Below, one piece after another: positions 21,884 through 33,100 of a DNA stretch of 64,000 nt. A program made the translations under genes and the position numbers. The stretch comes from an uncultured Planctomycetota bacterium. GTDB taxonomy: Bacteria > Planctomycetota > Planctomycetia > Isosphaerales > Isosphaeraceae. The notes below the pieces were generated by a model. The model was given only the letters and a program-made list of their open reading frames with translations, was not told where the DNA came from and did not search any database. Numbering within the stretch: position 1 is the first letter of the stretch; the number at the start of each line of letters is the position of its first letter. Location: positions 480,001-544,000 of the forward strand of contig CAWGMQ010000011.1 in the NCBI GenBank assembly GCA_963823665.1, read 5' to 3'.

Positions 21884-24712
21884 ATGCGTATTCTCGGCGC
21901 GATTCACCTCGCCTTGTTTCTGTCCATTGTCATCACCACTGCGCTGGCCGCCGCCGAGACGAATGTGCCGAAGCCGCCGGAGCTGGCGCTCGAGGCATAT
22001 ACTCTGCCAAACGGGCTCAAGGTCGCGCTGCATCGTGATTCGGTTGTGCCGCGGGTGACGGTCACCGTGGCTTATCACGTCGGATCCAAGAACGAGAAGG
22101 CGGGGCGGACGGGATTCGCGCACTTCTTCGAACACATGATGTTCCGTGGCACCAAGAACGTGCCCAACTACGACAAGCCCCTCCAGGAAGCCGGGGGCTC
22201 GTCCAACGCATTCACGAACCAGGACATGACCGTTTATTTTGAGACGGTTCCCAGCAATTTCCTCGAACGGGCGCTGTATCTCGAGGCCGAGCGGCTGGCG
22301 TTCCTGCCGTCGGCCCTCGATCAGAGAAAGTTTGACACCGAGCGTGACGTCGTCAAGAACGAGCGACGCCAGAGTTATGAAAACCGGCCGTATGGGCTCG
22401 ATTCCGAGGCGATTCTTTCGGCTCTCTTTCCCAAGGGACATCCCTACTCATGGCCAACGATCGGGTCGATGGATGATCTGAGCAAGGCGACGCTTGACGA
22501 CCTCAAAGCGTTTTTCGGCGAGTTTTACCATCCCGCGAATGCGACCCTCTGCCTCGCGGGCGACTTCGAGCCGAGCGAGGCCAAGGCGCTCATCGAGAAG
22601 TATTTCGGGGGACTTGCCCCCGGACCCAAACCGAAGGCCGTGGCCGTGCCGCCGGCTCCGGCAAGTGCCGAGAAGCTCGTGCGATTCGACCGCGTGCAGT
22701 TGCCGCGCGTGTACTGGAACTGGCCGGGCCTCGCCTCGGACCATCCTGACGCACCTGCCCTTGACTTGCTCGCCGACGTGCTGGCAGGCGGCGATACGTC
22801 ACGCTTGCATCGCGAGCTGGTTCTAGAGAAACGCTTGAGCAAGGATGTGTCCGCCGCCAGCTTGGGGTGGGAATCGGCCGGACGATTCGCGCTCATGAGC
22901 ACCGCGGCGGAAGGTGCCAAGCCCGATCAGGTTCTCGCTTCGATCGAGGCGGCTTTTGATGGCGCGGTGCGGAAGGTGCAAGCCAACCCGCCGACGGCGG
23001 ATGAGCTGGCACGGGCGCTGGCACTCTTCGAGAAGCGGTCGTACGCGCGCTTGACGAGCCCGCTTTTTCGCGCAGTGGCACTGGCCACCGGCTTCGCTCA
23101 GAAAGACGACCCGCGTCACTATCAGAAGGAGTTTGCGCGATATTACCAAGTCACGACGGCCGATTTGACCCGTGTCGCTAACACGTACCTGAAGCCCGAG
23201 AAGCTTGTCGTCTGGACCGAGGCGGCCGGGCCGGGACGGCCGCGCAGCGAGGCCGCGAAGGCCGGGCCGATCCCGTCGGCGACGCATGCGGAGATCGCGT
23301 CGGTGGCCGAGCGCGCGCCTGCGCCCACGCCGGGTCTGGACTGGTCGAAGATGCCGGGACCGTCGACCGCCAGGCCATTCCGGGCACCGCGGTTTGTGCG
23401 GAAGACGCTCTCGAACGGGCTCGACGTGTGGTTCGCGTCGTGGAAAACGCTTCCGCTGGTCACGGTCGAGCTGATGGTGCCTTCCGGTACGGCCGACGAT
23501 CCGCACGGCAAGTCGGGCCTGGCCACGCTCGCCGCGTCCCTTCTCGACAAGGGGACGACGCGCTTGACGGCGACCGAGCTGGGCGAAGCGCTCGAAACAC
23601 TTGGCGTCACTCTTAACGCGCAGGCGTCGACCGATGACCTGACGGTGAGCTGGAGCACGATTGCCAGGAATCTCGAACCGTCGCTCAAGCTCGTGGCGAA
23701 TGTCGTCGCCTCGCCGCGATTCGACCCGAAGGACTTCGAGCGTGAGCAGGCACTGGCGCTGGCACGTCTGGTGCAGGGGCCGGATAACATAAACTGGCTC
23801 GCGGGCCGGGCGCTGCCGGTTCTTCTCTACGGCAAGGGGCACCCTTATGCCAACCCGGCGGATGGTTACGCTGAGACCGTCAAGGCGATCACACTCGATG
23901 ACGTCAAATCGTTTCATGCCGAACACGTCGGGCCCAAGGGGGCGAGCTTGATCGTGGTGGGTGACGTCGAGCCCGACGCCTTGTTCGCGATGCTCGAGTC
24001 AACACTGGGCGCGTGGCCGGCGAAGAATGCTGGTCCGTCGCCGAGGGTCGCTGCGGGCCTGAAGGCCGATCCGAGCGTGATCTATCTGGTGGACAAGCCG
24101 GGTGCGGTGCAGTCGATCTTGAATGTCGGGCGCCTGTGGGTTGACCGATCCGACGACCGCTATTTTGCCGCGCTTCTGGGCAATCGCATGCTGGGGGGCG
24201 ACTTCCTGAGCCGGCTAAATCAGAACCTGCGCGAGAAGCACGGATATTCGTACGGGGCGCGATCGGGATTTCGCTTTCGGCGCAAAGGGAGCTTCTTCAC
24301 CGTGAGCACGTCCGTACGAACGGACGCGACTGCGCTTGCCCTCAAGGAAGTGCTGAGCGAGCTGGATGGTCTGGCGGGGACCAACCCACTGAGCGACGCG
24401 GAGATTGCCCTGGCCGTGGGGGCCGAGGTCAAGGAGTATCCCGATGAGTTCGCGTCGCCGCAATCGATCGCCGGCGCACTCGGGGAAATGGCCGAGTATC
24501 AGCTTCCGCCGGATTACCTCGACACGTTTCTTGATCGACTCCAGTCGACCAAGGCCGCGGAGATCGGCAAGACCATGGCGGAGGTGGTGGCGAAGAGCGA
24601 GCGTGTGACGCTGGTCGTCGGCGACCGCAAGGTTATCGAGCCGAAGCTCAAGGCGATGGGGTATGATAAGATTCAGACAATTACGTATGATGGGGAGCAG
24701 ACCAAGGAATGA
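21884..24712 (+). CDS. M16-family zinc protease (two-lobed, secreted)
   Basis: HFFEH inverted zincin motif, NAFT, SRLNQNLREKHGYSYG; signal peptide. Confidence 0.95.
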   Translation: MRILGAIHLALFLSIVITTALAAAETNVPKPPELALEAYTLPNGLKVALHRDSVVPRVTVTVAYHVGSKNEKAGRTGFAHFFEHMMFRGTKNVPNYDKPLQEAGGSSNAFTNQDMTVYFETVPSNFLERALYLEAERLAFLPSALDQRKFDTERDVVKNERRQSYENRPYGLDSEAILSALFPKGHPYSWPTIGSMDDLSKATLDDLKAFFGEFYHPANATLCLAGDFEPSEAKALIEKYFGGLAPGPKPKAVAVPPAPASAEKLVRFDRVQLPRVYWNWPGLASDHPDAPALDLLADVLAGGDTSRLHRELVLEKRLSKDVSAASLGWESAGRFALMSTAAEGAKPDQVLASIEAAFDGAVRKVQANPPTADELARALALFEKRSYARLTSPLFRAVALATGFAQKDDPRHYQKEFARYYQVTTADLTRVANTYLKPEKLVVWTEAAGPGRPRSEAAKAGPIPSATHAEIASVAERAPAPTPGLDWSKMPGPSTARPFRAPRFVRKTLSNGLDVWFASWKTLPLVTVELMVPSGTADDPHGKSGLATLAASLLDKGTTRLTATELGEALETLGVTLNAQASTDDLTVSWSTIARNLEPSLKLVANVVASPRFDPKDFEREQALALARLVQGPDNINWLAGRALPVLLYGKGHPYANPADGYAETVKAITLDDVKSFHAEHVGPKGASLIVVGDVEPDALFAMLESTLGAWPAKNAGPSPRVAAGLKADPSVIYLVDKPGAVQSILNVGRLWVDRSDDRYFAALLGNRMLGGDFLSRLNQNLREKHGYSYGARSGFRFRRKGSFFTVSTSVRTDATALALKEVLSELDGLAGTNPLSDAEIALAVGAEVKEYPDEFASPQSIAGALGEMAEYQLPPDYLDTFLDRLQSTKAAEIGKTMAEVVAKSERVTLVVGDRKVIEPKLKAMGYDKIQTITYDGEQTKE

Positions 24713-25245
24713 GTGGGTTCGGTGCGACGCAGATCGATGCTCTGCTGCCACGCCGCGTCTTCCGCGAGACGGGCAATGCCGGACGCGTCCAGTTAGTGCA
24801 TGACCTGCTGCGGGAGCGTTCGAACGGCGACCTCTCGGCGACGCGCCCGCGCAGCCTGCATCGTCGCGTTGGCGTGCTACTGGAGCTGCGCAGGAAACAA
24901 GGCCAGGGCGTGGCACCGGCTGTGCTGGCGGAGCACTTCAAGCAATCGGAGGACCGTTCCAGGGCCTTCGCCTATTCGCTCGAAGCGGCCGAGGCGGCGA
25001 TTGATGCCTACGCGTTCAATAATGCGATTGCTCACGTGAAAGACGCCCAGGAGCTCTGTGACCTCATTGACCGTGCGGTCGAATCGCTAACCGCTCGTGG
25101 CTCGACCACCGTTGGCGTCGCATGTGGAGTGCTTGGCTTTGTGCGCCTTCAAGCGTCGGACTATGACGGAGCCCGTGCTGCGTTCGAGCGATCGTGTTAC
25201 GAGCGCCTACTCTGCCAAATTGACGCTCTGCACGACTGCGATTAG
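24709..25245 (+). pseudogene. Collapsed fragment of an ATPase/TPR (STAND-like) regulator
   Basis: 'VHDLLRE...LHRRVG..LE...LAEHF...AAEAA..AYA..NAIAH' resembles the post-NTPase region of such proteins; no NTPase domain present. Confidence 0.5.
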
Positions 25246-25581
25246 CGTCACCGCCTGCGGCCGACCGGTGGCGCACGGAGACGCGAACGTGGACAGGGCT
25301 GATTGGCAACATTTAGCCGAAGTTCGGATTGGCGAGTCGACAGCTACGAAACACACACGCTCGCCAAGGCCGCGAGGATGGTTGAGGCTGTATCACATCC
25401 TGCAGACGGGGTACTTCCACGGATCAAGCGCCATTGGTGACGGAACAGATCAACGCCGGAGGCGCGCTGGTCCGAGACTTCGATAAATACGCGCCCGTCG
25501 TCAGCGCTTTCTGGTTGAAGGAAGGTGGCGACGGCGCATCAGCCCGAGTGGGCCGGGTGCGTGGGCCGTTCAGGAAACGTC

Positions 25582-26130
25582 CTAGCCAGCGGTAGCGGAC
25601 CAGGGTCTGATAGGTCCAAACGCGAAGTAACGGGTCGTTCCCTCATCAACGATCGCGGCATCGGGCGGCGTTGTGCCGCGTTTGTTTGCGATGTTCAAGC
25701 TCGCGCCATTTCGGACCAACACATCGACAGCGTTTACGTGGCCAAGAAATGCCGCTGCGTGCAGGGCCGTTCCGCCGTCCCGGTCGACGGCGTTCAAATC
25801 AGCGCTGCGCGAGATGAGCAGCTCGATGGCCACTGCCTGCCCGGTGACCGCCGCCCAGAGCAACGGCGTTCCGCCGCGTCCGGGATCCACGTCGTTCACT
25901 GCCACCCCGCTTGCCAGGTGCCGCTCAATGGCGCCCGTGTCACCCGTTCGCGCGGCCGCCCAGATGTTCGACGCCTTGCCGGCCGGCGACGCACCACCGG
26001 GCTTGCTGGCGGCGGACGACATCGCGACGGCGGAGACCCAGGTTGTGGCCGGGACGACGGTGACCATCCCCAGCAACACGGGGAGAAACACCCTGTGGAA
26101 CCGGTGCTTCACCAGCGACTTGCGGCCTCG
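25582..26130 (-). pseudogene. Fragment of an acyltransferase-ankyrin fusion
   Basis: 'LVKHRFHRVFLPVLLGM' (acyltransferase-3-like piece) then ankyrin repeats (GTPLLWAA..G, GTALHAAAFLG); no credible start and abrupt end. Confidence 0.55.
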
Positions 26131-26810
26131 AACCACGGTCGCACGACCGTGGCCACGTCGTGCTGAGCCGAATGGACGAGCCCAATGCGCCACTGCCGTT
26201 CAAAGAAAAGGCCGGAATCGTTGCAAAAGGCATAATCGGACCGGGTCGGAACAAAAGGTCCGAGAATCCGGGGATCGGTGCAAAAAAATCGAGCGTTTTG
26301 TAGATCGTTTGGGAAATGGGCAAGTTGTCACTCGTCAGGTGACAGCCGGCAGCGCACCGAACGTCGCGGGTCTCGCGACTGGAGGGTTGTTCATGGGCGA
26401 TGGCCTCGGAGTGAACATGGCGACTGAGCTGGCGGCTTCTTCGTGTGCGCCACCGCGAAATATGACAAACGAACCCAAACTGGATGGAGACATGATCAGA
26501 AGAGAACACGCAGAGCGCAAGTCGGTTACGGCGAATCGGGCAGTTCGCCGGGACTTGACAGGTTGTCAAACGAACCCGATTGGCGAGGCGTGGGGCCGGG
26601 GTGGCGAGAGCCGCGAGTGGGGAGATCGGAAACTGGTTCGAGAGTTATATCATAAGTTATCACTTTGCTCCATGGCCGTAGACGCGAAGCGCGCGACGAA
26701 AGCGCAACTCGCCTTTGCAGTTGCGAAGGGAGAGTCGATCCGCTGGCGGGCATGGAGCGCGCCGCGCGCTGGCCCGCATCGTTCGGGGACCTCACGCGAG
26801 CATTCAGGGC

Positions 26811-26845
26811 ACAACGGACAACTGACAACGGACGACTAACAATTA
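26811..26845 (+). repeat. Heptamer tandem repeat (ACAACKG-like x5)
   Basis: acaacgg acaactg acaacgg acgacta acaatta. Confidence 0.75.
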
Positions 26846-26862
26846 ACGATTACAGAATGACC

Positions 26863-29143
26863 ATGCTCACCATCAATACGCAGTTCAATCACAGTGCGGC
26901 GGGCGCGAGTGCCGGGGGGAGCCGGAAGGGGCGCGGGTTCTGGTACGGGATGCTTGCGCGTGCCGTGGAGCAAGATCGCCGGCAGCGCGGGGAGGCACCA
27001 AAACTTTCCGCAAACGAAGTCCTCGCGTGGGGGACGGCGTTTTTTGGACGAACCGGCGACTGGCCGAACCACGCATCGGGGCCGATTCCCGAGGCGCCCG
27101 GTGAAACCTGGCTGCTGGTCGCGGCGGCGCTGGCACGTGGGCTACGGGGCTTACCTTGTAGCCGCACGCTCGCGCGTTTCTTCAGTGAACGGCGAGTTCG
27201 ATTCAATCCGGCAGACCTGAAGCTTTCCGACGAGCAGATAGTCGCGTGGGCCGATGCCTGGCTGGCCCGAACGGGTGACTGGCCGACGCGCGACTCCGGG
27301 CTGATCCTCTCCGGTGGACGAATCACCTGGAGGCTCGTCGACCTCGCGCTGCGGGCCGGGCGCGGCGATTCGCGGGAGGTAGGATCGCTCGAGGGTATCC
27401 TCGCCAGCCGGCGAGGAGTGGCCCGCCCGCGGCTCTCGGTGGTGAAGATCCTGGCCTGGGCGGATGCTTTTCACAAGCGGGCCGCGCAGTGGCCGACCGA
27501 CGTGTGTGGGCCGGTCGCCGAGGCGCGCACCGAGAGCTGCGCGAGATCGACAACGCTCTGGCTGCTGGGTTGCGAGGACTGCCGGGCGGGTCGTCGCTGG
27601 CTGGACTGCTTGCCGCCAAGCGTCGGGTGCGCACTGAAGGCGGGCCTCGCAGGCTGACGATCGAGGCAATTCTCGAGTGGGCAGATGCATTTCACGAGCG
27701 CACCCGAGTGTGGCCCGACAGCGAGTCGGGAGACATTCCGGAGTCTCCGGGCGACGAGTGGAGCGACGTGCAACACGCGCTGGTCTGGGGCGGGCGCGGA
27801 CTCGACGGGGACTCATCGCTTTTGAAGCTGCTCGCGGACCAGCGCGGGGTGAGCCGCAATCTTCACTCGCCGGAATTGACGTTTCCGCAGATCCTGTCCT
27901 GGGCCGATTTGTTTCACGCGCGCAATGGGCGATGGCCGACGCGGTTCTCGGGACCGGTGGGCGCCGCGCCGGGGGAAACCTGGCGGTCGATCGAGATGGC
28001 GATCCGGTTTGCGTGCCGTGGAGTTCCTCGTGGATGGACGCTGTCGCGGCTGCTCAGCCAGAAGCGGACCAAGAAGGACCTTGCTCGCCGGCCTCGATTG
28101 ACGGACAAGCAGATTCTGGCGTGGGCCGATGTGCATCGCAAAGTGACGGGGATGTGGCCGAGCCCGCGATCGGGTGCCGTTACTGGCGCTCCGGGGGAGA
28201 CCTGGGCGAGTATTCAGCAGTGCCTTCGATTGGGTTTTCGCGGCTTGAAGGGCGGGCGCACGCTGCTGGCGCTGCTTCGAGCCAGACGGAGTGCGGTGCG
28301 GCAGCCCAAGCCTCGCCGCCTCACAGCTCAGCGCATCCTTTCCTGGGCGGACGCGCATCACGCACGTACGGGCCGATGGCCGACCGCGCGGCCGGACCCG
28401 ATTCCCGAGTCGCCGGCGGAGAACTGGCGAAAAGTGAGCGAGGCGCTCTACGTGGGCACGCGGGGCCTGCCGGGCGGCTCATCCCTCTCGCAGTTGCTGG
28501 TCGAGCAGCGTGGAGTGCCGGATCGATTTCGGCGGCCCAAGCTCAGCTACTCGCGGATCCTTCAGTGGGCTGATCAATTCCACGCCCGCACGGGTCGATG
28601 GCCGACCTCCAAGTGCGGTGTGGTGGCCGACGCGGCCGGCGAGACCTGGGGCGGTATCGATTACGCCCTGCTGGAGGGCTGCCGCGGTCTTCCGGGCGGG
28701 ACTCGCTGGCGCGACTGCTAACGATCGAGCGCGGCATCCGCTGCCGGGCGCATCGGCCGGCGCTATCGCTTTCAGAAATCACCCGCTGGGCTCTGGCGCA
28801 CCGCGCGAGGACGGGCCGATGGCCGCGGCCGGAATCGGCAGCGATTCCGGAGTCGTGGGGCGACACGTGGCGCGCGGTGGATTCAGCCCTGCGCTTCGGC
28901 AGTCGCGGGCTAGAGGGCGGGATGTCCCTTACCCGGTTGCAGAGCATTGAGATCGCTGCCAGCTCGGAGCCCGGCCTGACGGCCGCCCTCTCCGTGGTGG
29001 GCCCGGAGATCACAGCGCACCCTGGCGATCAAAACGGGAAGCCAGATGACGACCGATTCCATTCGTCCAAACATTTCTCTAGAAAAACGACCCTTCTATC
29101 CGAGACTTCAACATGCAAACACAGCCTTACTCAGCCAATGTGA
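26863..29143 (+). CDS. Hypothetical protein A with 9 tandem ~74-aa Trp-rich repeats; two single-base frameshifts (~27539, ~28700)
   Basis: Repeat L(S/T)..QILAWADA(F/H)..RTG.WP...SG.IPE.PGETW..(I/V)..AL..G.RGLPGG.SL..LL continues across ORFs 26665..27657, 27489..28721 and 28598..29143; adding one G at each break restores the consensus; start uncertain. Confidence 0.8.
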
Positions 29144-30162
29144 AACACGACAGCGCATCCTGGTCCGCAGCGAAGGCCGGACCTCCGCGCAGGATGGTGA
29201 AAGCCGATCGGAAGAAGCGCGGCGACCCGCCTGATCTGAGCGTGGATCAGGTCCTCGCCTGGGCCGACGCATTCTTCGAGCGTGCCGGAGTGTGGCCGGA
29301 CTGGCAATCCGGGCCGATCGACGAGGCGCCCGGCGAGACGTGGTTCACGGTGGCCGCGGCGTTGGCCCTGGGCCGCCGGGGCCTGCCTGGGGGCGAATCG
29401 CTTCGTGACTTCATCGACCGAGAGCGCGGCGGAATCAGCCGTGCCGTGCTGGAATTCTCGGAGAGGCAGATTCTGGCCTGGGCGCTTGCCTGGCAGACGC
29501 GCGTGGGGCGGCGGCCCAGGAAGAATTCCGGCCAGATTCCGGACTCCGGCGGCTTGACCTGGAGCATCGTGAACGACGCACTCAAGAAAGGGATAGGTAT
29601 TCTGGCGGGTGGCTCATCACTTGCGCGATTTCTGCGGAGCAAGCGAGCGGAGCTGCGCGGGCCGGCGGTCACCGAGAAACAGATTCTGGTCTGGGCCGAT
29701 GCTTATTACAAGCGGACGGGTACGTACCCGAGTGCGGGGTCGGGGGCGATTCCGGAGGCTCCCGCGGAGAACTGGAGGCTGCTCGACCGCGCACTCGAAG
29801 ACGGCACGCGCTCTCTGCCGGGGGGTTCGTCGCTACGGCAGTTGCTCGTCGCCGCTCGCGGGCCGGAAGCCCGACGCCGATCGAGGAAACGCTGCCGGCT
29901 GACGATTGGCGAAGTTCGGGCGTGGGCCCAAGCGCACCGCCAGCGCACCGGACGGTGGCCAACCGACCAGTCGGGACGGATTCCGGAGACGGAGCGTGAG
30001 ACCTGGCGTGCGGTGGACTGTGCCATGAGGCGGGGTGGGCGCGGCCTGCCGGGCGGGACATCGCTTTCACTGATTTTCGGGGAGCTCAGCCCGGCGCCGC
30101 GCATTCAATGTGCCGGCGGCGAAGAGAGTCTGGGCTTGCCGGGGCCGAACTCGTCGGGGTAA
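29113..30162 (+). CDS. Hypothetical protein B with 4 tandem copies of the same repeat
   Basis: Same repeat consensus in an intact ORF; true start may be the internal M(VKADRKK). Confidence 0.85.
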   Translation: MQTQPYSANVKHDSASWSAAKAGPPRRMVKADRKKRGDPPDLSVDQVLAWADAFFERAGVWPDWQSGPIDEAPGETWFTVAAALALGRRGLPGGESLRDFIDRERGGISRAVLEFSERQILAWALAWQTRVGRRPRKNSGQIPDSGGLTWSIVNDALKKGIGILAGGSSLARFLRSKRAELRGPAVTEKQILVWADAYYKRTGTYPSAGSGAIPEAPAENWRLLDRALEDGTRSLPGGSSLRQLLVAARGPEARRRSRKRCRLTIGEVRAWAQAHRQRTGRWPTDQSGRIPETERETWRAVDCAMRRGGRGLPGGTSLSLIFGELSPAPRIQCAGGEESLGLPGPNSSG

Positions 30163-33100
30163 CTCGACTTGAGCGTTTTCCAGACCTCGACGAGCTCCGT
30201 GGACTTGAGCACCACGGAGGCGCCGCTCGGGTCGGTGCGCTGGCCGGAGAGGAGCTGGGTCAGGAGCGCGAGGTGTGAAACGGGGCGCTGGTCTTCGATC
30301 AAGCGCCAGAACTTGACGGCGCCATCCATTCCGGAGGTTGCGATCCAGTCGCCTCGCGGGCTGAAGAGCGCGCGCCAGACCGGCCCGTCGTGGCGCAGCG
30401 GCAAGCAGACGATTGCACCGGTGCGGGAATCCCAGACGCGGGCGGCCCCATCGAAGCCGGCGGTCGCGACGAAGCGGCCGTCGGGACTGAATGAGACGTA
30501 CGAGACCGAGCCGCGGTGCTCGAGCGGCCGGGACAGTGCGATTCCTGTGGCTGCATCCCAGATGATGGCGGATCCGACGGAGCTGGCGGTGGCAACGCGA
30601 CCTCCGTCGGGGCTGAAGGTGGCATAAACGACCGAACCCTGATGGACGAGCGGAGGGCTCTTGGGCAGATTTGTCGCGACATCCCAGATGCGGGCGGTGC
30701 CGTCTTCGCTGGTCGTGACCACGCGCCGGCCATCGGGGCTGAACGTGGCGAAGTAGACGATTCCATGATGACGCAGGGGTGCAAGCAGGCTGGCTCCGGT
30801 GCGCGCGTCCCAGAGCCGGGCGGTGAAGTCATTGCTCGCGGTGACCACGATTTTTCCGTCGGGGCTGAACATCGCGGAGCGGACGTTGCTTTCGTGCTTG
30901 AGCGGAGGTGCGACGAGATTTCCGGTGGCGGCATCCCAGATGCGAGCCGTGCCGTCTTCGGCGGAGGTGGCGACCATGTTTCCGTCGGGACTGAACGATG
31001 CGTGGTGGACCGGCGCGTTGTGCGCCAAGGGCGGTGTGAGGGGCTGGCCGGTGGATGCGTTCCAGACGCGCGCGGTTCCGTCCCAGCTTGCGGTGACGAT
31101 GCGGCTGCCGTCGGGGCTCAGATCGACATGGCCGACGCTGCGGGAGTGTTTGAGCGGTGGCGTGACGGCCGCGCCGGTGGCCGGGTTCCACACCTGTCCC
31201 GAGCCCGCGGTGGACGCGGTGGCGAGGCGGCCGGCATCGCGCGACATGGCGATATGAAGCACGGCGCCTTCGAGCTTGAGCGTGGGCGCGACGGGCTGCT
31301 CGAGCGACGGTTCCCACACGCGGGCCATGCCGTCTTCACTGGCGGTGACCAGGCGCATGCTTCCGGGGGCGAACCTGGCCGACCAGACGGGACCGTTGTG
31401 CCGGAGGGGCGGGATGGCAAGCTTGCCGCGGCTGGAATCCCACAGCCGCACGGTACCGTCGACGCTGCCGGTCAAGAGCCATTTGCCGTCGGAACTCCAG
31501 GCGGCGGTTCGAACGATGCCGTCGTGCTCAAGCGGTGCGATCAGGCGCGCGCCGGATTTTGCGTCCCAGATGCGGGCGGTGCCGTCCCAGCTTGCGGTGG
31601 CGATCCTGGTTCCGTCGGGGCTCCAGGCGGCGTCGAAGACGACGAGGTCATGGCGGAGAGGGGGAGTTGCCTCCTTGCCGGTGGCGACATCCCAGACGCG
31701 CGCGGTGGCGTCCCAGCCGGCGGTCACCAGGCGTTTGCCGTCCGGGCTCCAGCCCAGCCGGCCGACGACGTGGCCCTGTTTGAGGGCAGGCGTGCGCGGA
31801 GCGCCGGTGGCGGCGTCCCAGACACGAGCGGTGCCGTCGTCGCTGCCGGTAGCCACCATCGAGCCATCGGGGCTGAACGCGACGTAGCTCACGCGGTAGG
31901 AATGAGCGAGTGCGGGCGTGACGGGCCCGCCGGTCTCCGGCATCCCAGACGCGCGCGGTGCCGTCCCAGCCGGCGGTCGCCACGCGGCGGCCGTCGGGGC
32001 TGAACGTGGCGAAGGGCACGCCACCCGAGTGCCGCAGCGGCGGTGTGATGGCCGCGGCGGTGCGGGCATCCCAGACGCGGGCGCTGCCGTCGCGGCCGGC
32101 GGTGACGATGCGGGTGCCCTGGGGGTTGAACTCAGCGTAATCGACGAACTCGCCGTGATTGATTGCGGGTGCGACCGGGAGAGTGGAAGACAGATCCCAG
32201 ACGCGGACCCTGCCGTCGGCGCACGCGGTGAGGATGCGCTGGCCGTCGGAGCTGAACGATGCGGAGGTGACGATGCCATCGTGCGGGCAAAGCTGAATGA
32301 TCCGCGGCGTACCCCAGAGCACCGAGCCCAGGCGATAGCGATGGCCTTCCTCGCGAGCGGGGTCGCCCTGGTCGAGCTTGAGCGCCTCGCCGAGCGGAGG
32401 CAAGGCGCGGAGGAAGTCGCCCTCGTCCATTCGTTCGCTGGCGGCGGCGACGTTCATGAGGACCAACTGGCGGCGGCCTGCTTCGGCGCGCACGGCCGCG
32501 CGGTAATAGAGGACCATCGATCCGACGGTGAGGGCGCCACCGAGCAGGATGACGGTGGCGATCAAGCCGGCCAAGAGGCGGTTTTTCCGGCTCCATCTGA
32601 CGAGCCGCTCGCCGAGACTTTCGCGGCGGGCAAGGATGGGCCGATCCTCGATGAAACGGCGGAGATCTTCGGCGAGAGCACCGGCGGATTGATAGCGGAG
32701 CTCGGGCTCACGGGCGATGGCCTTGTGGATGATGGTTTGAAGATCGACCGGAGTTGCCGGGGCCAGGGTGCGCAGCCGCGGCGGCTCTTCCTGAGAGACC
32801 TTGCGGATCAAGCTGTCGTAATCGGCGGCTTCGAAGGCCGGCCGGAGCGTGATGAGCTCGAAGAGCGTGAGGCCGAGGCTGTAGACCTCACTGCGGGCGT
32901 CGCCCTTGCCGCGGAACCGCTCGGGGGCCATGTACCTGAGCGTTCCGACAAAGCTGCCGGATTGGGTCAAGTCTTCCGAGCCGGAGAGCTTGGCGAGGCC
33001 GAAATCGGTGATCCAGGTTGTGCCGTCGCGATCGAGCAGGAGGTTCGAGGGCTTGATGTCGCGGTGAAGCACGCCCTGGGTGTGGGCGTATTCGAGCGCC

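Noticed and set aside
25673..26839. 388-aa + strand ORF
   Set aside because: It is a chimera of antisense ankyrin sequence and degenerate repeats, not a credible gene
27530..28705. Programmed ribosomal frameshifting in repeat protein A
   Set aside because: No slippery heptamer; each break is a single missing G, matching the indel pattern elsewhere in the window
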